In this document: positions 58,843 to 64,000 of the stretch, piece after piece
Position numbering within the stretch: position 1 is the stretch's first letter
How the letters are laid out: every line of letters begins with the position of its first letter
Assembly: GCF_003019035.1 (NCBI RefSeq)
Contig: NZ_CP027448.1
DNA: 64,000 bases
Direction: 5' to 3' (one strand)
Source of the DNA: Escherichia coli
GTDB taxonomy: Bacteria > Pseudomonadota > Gammaproteobacteria > Enterobacterales > Enterobacteriaceae
Translations under genes and position numbers: made by a program
Notes under the pieces: generated by a model
Seen by the model: only the letters and a program-made list of their open reading frames with translations
What the model was told of the DNA's origin: nothing
Database searches by the model: none

Positions 58843-59697
58843 ATGAGTGATAAAATGGTGAGAACTGGTCATTGGAGCCAAGAAAGACGGCTTGAATTCA
58901 TCGATTTTCGCCTACTGTGGGAAGGTCGGCTTAACCGTGCAGATCTCACGACATTTTTCAGAATTTCAGTTCCGCAAGCCTCATTAGATTTGGCAAAATA
59001 TCAAGAAGTTGCGCCAAACAACATGGTGTATGATCGAACTCAGAAGGCTTACATTACGACTCCTGATTTCAAACCTGTTTTTACAAGCTTTGACAGTAAT
59101 CATTACCTGAATGAACTACTTGGGCGAGAAAATGAAATAGTGGATCCTGATGATAGTTTCATTGGGTGGGTACCCCCGGTAGCCAGCCTTCCTCTCCCTG
59201 CCAGGAAAGTACAACCTGAAATATTGATTGATTTAATTCGAGCCATGCAAAGAAAACAGGCTTTGGTTGTTGATTATCGCTCAATGACTAATGAACCAGC
59301 AATTCGTACGCTATACCCAACAGCATTTGCACATGATGGGCATCGGTGGCATGTTCGTGCTTATTGTTTTAAGTCTACAATGTTTAAAGATTTTGTTCTT
59401 GGTAGGTTTTTTAAAATCGTTGAATTTGTTTCCCCACCGACATCAATTCCACAAGATGTGGACTGGAATACATTTATTGACGTGGTAATAGGTCCAAACC
59501 CTAACTACGATATGAATAAACGGCTATCTATTGAACATGATTATCAAATGGTAAAAGGAGAAGCAAAAATCCACATACGTAAAGCGCAATTATATTATCT
59601 TAATCGTCGATTAAATTTGGATGTAAATAGCGATGGTTCAATAGATGACAAACAGCAGATCATCATGCTCAGAATAGACGAGTCTAAAACCTATTAA
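58843..59697 (+). CDS. wHTH-WYL-domain transcriptional regulator (CapW/BrxR-like), 284 aa
   Basis: N-terminal RRLEFIDFRLLWEGRLNRADLTTFFRISVPQASLDLAKYQ (wHTH); WYL-type core ALVVDYRSMTNEPAIRTLYPTAFAHDGHRWHVRAYCFKSTMFKDFVLGRF. Confidence 0.78.
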   Translation: MSDKMVRTGHWSQERRLEFIDFRLLWEGRLNRADLTTFFRISVPQASLDLAKYQEVAPNNMVYDRTQKAYITTPDFKPVFTSFDSNHYLNELLGRENEIVDPDDSFIGWVPPVASLPLPARKVQPEILIDLIRAMQRKQALVVDYRSMTNEPAIRTLYPTAFAHDGHRWHVRAYCFKSTMFKDFVLGRFFKIVEFVSPPTSIPQDVDWNTFIDVVIGPNPNYDMNKRLSIEHDYQMVKGEAKIHIRKAQLYYLNRRLNLDVNSDGSIDDKQQIIMLRIDESKTY

Positions 59698-59709
59698 GGG
59701 AATATTTAT

Positions 59710-60228
59710 ATGAATGCGAATGATGTTAACAAACGGAATAAAGAATGGATGATTGTAATCATTATTATCTATCTTTTTATTTTGTTATGTATAGCAACAT
59801 ACGCTATTGGGGCTATGTCTCTAGGTTGGTTACCAACACCTTACGCACCATTAAGGGTGCCACTGATGTGCGGAGCAATTGCCTATATAGGTGGTTGTTT
59901 ATATTGTTTTCGTGCAATTTACCTCAATAAATGTATTAGAAAACAATGGGATCCAGATTGGCATGTATGGTATTTCATTCGCCCACTGACCAGTACAATC
60001 GCAGGTGCTATCAGTTATTTATTCCTTAAGGCGGGGTTGTTAGTTTTGGAGTCTAGTTCCAATGTAGGAGCTAGTGAAATGGGTTTCTTTGCGCTGGCAT
60101 TTATTGCTGGTTTTAACGTCGATAAATTTGTCGCAAAAATCGAGGAAGTTGCAAAGGCTGTCTGGGGTATTGAAAAAACTCGAAGCTCGACTAATAATGA
60201 TGCGAAAAATTCGGAAAAAAAAGAATAG
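59710..60228 (+). CDS. Four-TM membrane protein with charged C-terminal helix, 172 aa
   Basis: Hydrophobic segments ~13-35, 50-70, 85-108 and 122-137; starts 13 nt after the WYL gene stop; no motif recognised. Confidence 0.6.
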   Translation: MNANDVNKRNKEWMIVIIIIYLFILLCIATYAIGAMSLGWLPTPYAPLRVPLMCGAIAYIGGCLYCFRAIYLNKCIRKQWDPDWHVWYFIRPLTSTIAGAISYLFLKAGLLVLESSSNVGASEMGFFALAFIAGFNVDKFVAKIEEVAKAVWGIEKTRSSTNNDAKNSEKKE

Positions 60229-60274
60229 TCTGGATGTATTTAAATTAAAATGAAATTAGTGCTGAGCTATTTTA

Positions 60275-62486
60275 TTACTTTCTCTTATTTCCTGGGGTCG
60301 CGCCCCCAGTGAGCTTATTCAAAAGTTTGTCCACTGCCTGTATATCGTTTTCTACAGCGGCTTGTTCGTCATCAGTCAAAGGGATTTCCTGCATCAGCTT
60401 GAGTAGATTCTGGCGACCTTCCAAGTATTGTGCTTCAGATGAAGATTTTGGCATATAAAATGAGCATTTTGCACATGCCATCCGATGGGGGCATTGCTCA
60501 AAAAAGTCATAAGTACAGAAACCGTGTCCAAGATCATAATAACGCCATGGCTTCCCGGATGCTACCAGCCCTTCAGCTATCGCGTCTTGATCAATGAGAA
60601 CTGAAACCATGCGGCGATTACATTCAAAGTAACCAGCTTTATCCAGTGATCCTGCCAACCTCGTCGGTGTAATTTCGACATAATGTCGGGTAGATTCAGG
60701 TGAAGAATGCCCCAACCATTTCTGTAGCTCAAAAATATCAAGTGGTTCCCTGGCGTTGTAAAGCTGACTGGCTATAGTGGCTCTTGCCCGATGGCTGGTG
60801 ATTTTACCTCTGGCATCCTGCTCAGGTATACCAGCCTTTCTGCATAGCAAAGGGATTAGCGAATTATTAATATAACTACTGTGTACCCGTTTCCCCCTGT
60901 GCATGAACAAAAAACGGACGCTTTCACCTGTTTTAGAATCTTCCTGGAGGGGGTGGGGGTTACGAACAAGTTCCCATTGTTCGATATATTCCCCGATAAT
61001 AGGGTCAACTGGCTTTGTGAATGCCGCGTAAGTCTTGCTAACGGGTACATCTATCAGACAGATACGGGATACATTATTTTCTTCTGGCTGTTGCCAGCGG
61101 ATACACCCACACTGCATACGTAGAATTTCATCACGTCTGAGGCCTCCAAATAACCAGAGAACGCTGAGTGCTCTGACCATCTCCAGTGGATAAAAATAAG
61201 GATATGCAACACAGTTTGGTAAATCCGACTCCTGCAGGTTCTGTCCGGCGTGAAGTAATTTACACCACATATCATCGGCCACAATACGAGGCTCTGGTCC
61301 AACCAGGGAAGTCAAGCTACGCGGTGCCCTGAAAACTCTTTCTGGGCTGAATCGTACAGGTATCCATCCCCATTCCTGCAAGTCATGAAAGAAAGTTCTA
61401 ATATGACCCAACATCCTGGCTCTCGCTGCAGGCATCATCATTTTGCCACGACGGTCACGATACATGCCCCCAGGGGTTGCCCATTCACCAACTTTCATTC
61501 TACAAGCGGCGGTCACCCAGACGATCGCGGTGTCCCGTGTCCAATCAGATGGTGACAGACAGGTTGGATAGCACTCAGCTAACCAGCTGACCACACTTTA
61601 GCAAAACGTACCAACCGGACAAAATAGATGAAGGGCGAAGTACTGAGGTAGCACGCCACCGTTTGCACCATACCAGCCATTTAGTTGGTACATCAGCTGT
61701 TGCATTATATTCGCGGGGAGGACGGCGACGTTGTGTTATTCGGTAATCAACCCCTTCCTCAATAGTCCCTGATGCAGCCAGTATACGCGATAGAGTAGCT
61801 GAGGCTTCCCGGAGGGAATCCGGGCACGTTGCAGCAATCTGTTGCAACGTGGTCACGGTGATATGGTCTAGTTGAGCATCCCTTTGCAGAAGCATTGCCA
61901 TACACATGGCATTTCTGATGCCGTTGTTCCGACTATCACGAGGCACATATCCCAGAACCTGCATCATATTGTCAAGCTGGCTGACGGCAAAATCGGTGCT
62001 CTGTCGGCCAAAAACCTTAAGACAGAGCCGATATTGATAGAATATGCCACAGTGTTCCAGCCGCTCAAACCCACATAGCAACCATGCTAACGCTATAACA
62101 TATTGCCGACAGTTGCCGCTGGCTCCAAACCGTCGACGAAATTCCCCTTCGCTGTTGCAAATAACTTCTAACCACTCTTCTTGTGTCCAGGCCCAGTATG
62201 TTTTCCGGATGCGCTGCATCTCTAGGACTATATCGTGAATAGATGAATTGTAGGGGGCCTTGGCCGCATGCATTTTTGTTAGCGTGTCGCGTAGTGGTAA
62301 AAGAAGGCGGGAAAGCCGTTTTTGTATATCAGGTGACCAGTTTTTACCTCCTTGCTGGAAGTGGTCGACCAATGTATCCAGTGCCGCAAGCTCGCTTTCA
62401 GAGATCTCCGATCGGGTATCCCAAAGTAGGGCAGGAAGACTGAGTGATGTTGTCGGACAAGGCGCTGTATGTTCAGATTGCATCAT
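60275..62486 (-). pseudogene. Large tyrosine recombinase (Tn554 TnpB-like) split by a 1-nt frameshift into 303-aa N-terminal and 439-aa catalytic ORFs
   Basis: ORF 61575..62486 has no catalytic residues and ends ...GWYVLLKCGQLVS*. ORF 60275..61594 (track start is a GTG) continues ...WLAECYP... and carries GGLRRDEI, SHRARATIASQL, GHSSPESTRHYVE (R-H-R-Y) and a CPHRMACAKC motif. The frames overlap at 61575..61594. ATG 62486 overlaps the upstream stop (ATGATG). Confidence 0.65.
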
Positions 62487-63535
62487 GGAGAAGGATCCTG
62501 CTGTTGTAGTACAGTAAGGCGGCAAGTATGCAAGGATGCGACCGTGTAATTGAAACGACTACTCAGATCACGTGCGCTGAGATGAATATAGAGCAGAGTT
62601 GACTGGATACGACGGTGGCCAGCGAATGCAGCAATTTCGTGGATGTCCCACCCCACGCGTGCCAGTTCTGTCAGACAAAGATGTCGGAATGTGTGGGTGC
62701 TGATGAGTGGAAGATCAGCCTTAATAGCTAAACCGCGAACTACTTTTGACCAAGTCCAGTTGCTAATAGGTTCTGCCCGATTACGCGGAGAGCGTGAGAG
62801 AAACAACGGACCGCGAGATGAGCTTAGCATACGACGTTCAGTGAGCCATGCTGTGTAGAGTTCCCCCGTCACAGGAGAATAGGGCACAACCCGACCAAAG
62901 CGGTTTTTGGTATGCTCAGCGCGCACAGTGAGCAAGCGTTGAGAAGGGTCAATATCTCCGGTAGCTACTGTGCAAAGTTCTTCTCTGCGTAATCCGCAGT
63001 CGTAGGCCAGTGCCAGCATAAAACGAGTACGGATATCAGCTTGTCCGGCTACCTCAAGAAAGCGCAACCACTCCGCATCATCCGGGATCCACGGTAGCCG
63101 CCGCTGCAACGGCACTATACCAGCTTTTCCTTTCCCTCCGTTTTTCCAGACACCTCGTCTGACAGGATTTCTCTCCCGTATCCCCTCCTCACAAAGCCAA
63201 TAGTTGTACAGTCGTACCACCGTCAGCCGGTGGCGGATAGTGGCAGCTGCCAGCTGGCGACCGGTATGCAGGCTGCGGACATAGAGTGCGACCGTATCAC
63301 GTCCAGCGACAGCAGCCGTCAGGGCAACAGAGTGACAGAAAGCGAGCCAGTCATTGACGCCACGGGCATAGGCATCAATGGTGTTTGGAGCACACAGCAG
63401 GTCCTCCTGCAGGCACACCCACCGGCAAGCTGAAGGATCGGCCGACAGAAAAGGCAGCGCATCCAGCAGTTTCTTGTGCACAGCATCCCCCTTTTCGATA
63501 ACAGAATGTGTTGTATGAAATATAGTCAATTCCAA
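62483..63535 (-). CDS. Tyrosine recombinase (TnpA/XerD-like), up to 350 aa
   Basis: Catalytic set GLRREEL, HTFRHLCLT, GHRRIQSTLLYIH. The track start (63535) is a TTG only 8 nt from the element end; GTG at 63481 with a GGGGGA SD is a plausible alternative. Confidence 0.85.
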   Translation of the reverse strand: MELTIFHTTHSVIEKGDAVHKKLLDALPFLSADPSACRWVCLQEDLLCAPNTIDAYARGVNDWLAFCHSVALTAAVAGRDTVALYVRSLHTGRQLAAATIRHRLTVVRLYNYWLCEEGIRERNPVRRGVWKNGGKGKAGIVPLQRRLPWIPDDAEWLRFLEVAGQADIRTRFMLALAYDCGLRREELCTVATGDIDPSQRLLTVRAEHTKNRFGRVVPYSPVTGELYTAWLTERRMLSSSRGPLFLSRSPRNRAEPISNWTWSKVVRGLAIKADLPLISTHTFRHLCLTELARVGWDIHEIAAFAGHRRIQSTLLYIHLSARDLSSRFNYTVASLHTCRLTVLQQQDPSP

Positions 63536-63543
63536 ATAACATA

Positions 63544-64000
63544 GAAGCGAAGCGGCTGGGCATAAAAATGGGAGTACCGTGGTTTCAGCTGAAGTCGGTG
63601 AAATTTCCGGAGCCGGTCATCGCCTTCTCCAGTAATTACGCGCTATACGCATCGATGTCGAACAGGGTTATGTCTCATCTCGAGGAGCTGGCGCCGGGCG
63701 TGGAGCAGTACAGTATTGATGAGATGTTTCTCGACGTGCGGGGTATTGACAGCTGCATCGATTTCGAGGATTTCGGCCGGCAGCTGCGTGAACACGTCAG
63801 GAACGGGACTGGCCTGACTATCGGTGTCGGAATGGGGCTAACCAAAACGCTGGCAAAGTCAGCACAGTGGGCTTCCAAAGAGTGGCCACAGTTTGGTGGC
63901 GTGCTGGCGTTAACGCCAGGCAATATCCGCCGTACGGAAAAACTGCTGTCACTGCAGCCGGTGGAGGAAATCTGGGGGGTAGGCAGCAGGATATCAAAGA
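63544..64000 (+). pseudogene. impB: impB 3' portion (from codon 43), continues beyond window end
   Basis: Open frame EAKRLGIKMGVPWFQLKSVKFPEPVIAFSSNYALYASMSNRVMSHLEELAPGVEQYSIDEMFLDVRG...GVGMGLTKTLAKSAQWASK...IWGVGSRISK, colinear with UmuC residues ~43-195. Confidence 0.9.

Larger units (their letters stand above)
55257..63543 (-). mobile_element. ~8.29-kb tyrosine-recombinase integrative element inserted in impB (Tn554-/RIT-/rulB-ILE-like)
   Basis: Joining 55256 to 63546 restores the impB reading frame. GA occurs at both junctions. Imperfect terminal inverted repeats share TATGT and TGGAATTG (55262..55269; complement at 63527..63534). Recombinase genes lie at one end and AT-richer cargo at the other. 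Confidence 0.8.

Noticed and set aside
55257-60274. Search for a stand-alone ubiquitin-like (beta-grasp) gene or a CD-NTase in the element cargo
   Set aside because: The intergenic gaps are 45, 134, 12 and 46 bp. All other ORFs >=60 aa (e.g. 55721-55960, 57041-57364, 57966-58262) are nested inside the four main genes on either strand, with implausible translations. A very small or embedded Ubl cannot be excluded without structure prediction.
60275-63535. Reading the three adjacent ORFs as a genuine recombinase-in-trio (three active tyrosine recombinases)
   Set aside because: The middle ORF lacks all catalytic residues and is contiguous with the downstream ORF after a 1-nt frame correction. 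Two recombinase genes, one of them frameshifted, is the better reading.
63675-63923. 82-aa minus-strand ORF near the window end
   Set aside because: It is antisense to the clearly UmuC-like impB 3' reading frame.

Overview
This window is a segment of an F-like (IncFII/RepFIIA-type) enterobacterial conjugative plasmid.

**Layout, left to right**
- Start of the replicon: repA1 N-terminus, tap, CopA, copB.
- A few accessory genes, then finO.
- The complete tra/trb operon on the minus strand (traX to traM, about 5.0-37.0 kb). A vapBC toxin-antitoxin pair sits in inverse orientation between traD and traI.
- oriT with the F-type nic sequence (37367|37368), followed by the gene X/orf169 transglycosylase.
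- The leading region (38-54 kb): orf273-like, orf95-like, hok/mok/sok, psiA, psiB, a ParB-like gene, ssb, klcA, two orphan DNA methyltransferases and several unknowns. Three GC-rich Frpo/ssi-like repeats of about 0.62 kb punctuate it.
- A LexA-box-preceded impC-impA-impB operon. Its impB (UmuC-family polymerase) is split after codon 42 by an ~8.29-kb tyrosine-recombinase element (55257-63543).

**Most interesting feature: the cargo of that element**
- A ComEC-type metallo-beta-lactamase hydrolase is translationally coupled to a 742-aa E2-E1-JAB triple fusion (Cap2+Cap3-like).
- These two genes are divergent from an HTH-WYL regulator and a 4-TM protein.
- There is no ubiquitin-like gene and no CD-NTase.
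- I propose this as a candidate uncharacterised defence/conjugation-priming module.

**Not seen:** rRNA, tRNA, CRISPR arrays, IS elements or resistance genes.

**Limits:** All calls come from reading translations and motifs and from memory of F/R100 proteins. No alignments or database searches were run. DUF/family names are recollections. ncRNA, promoter and terminator coordinates are approximate.
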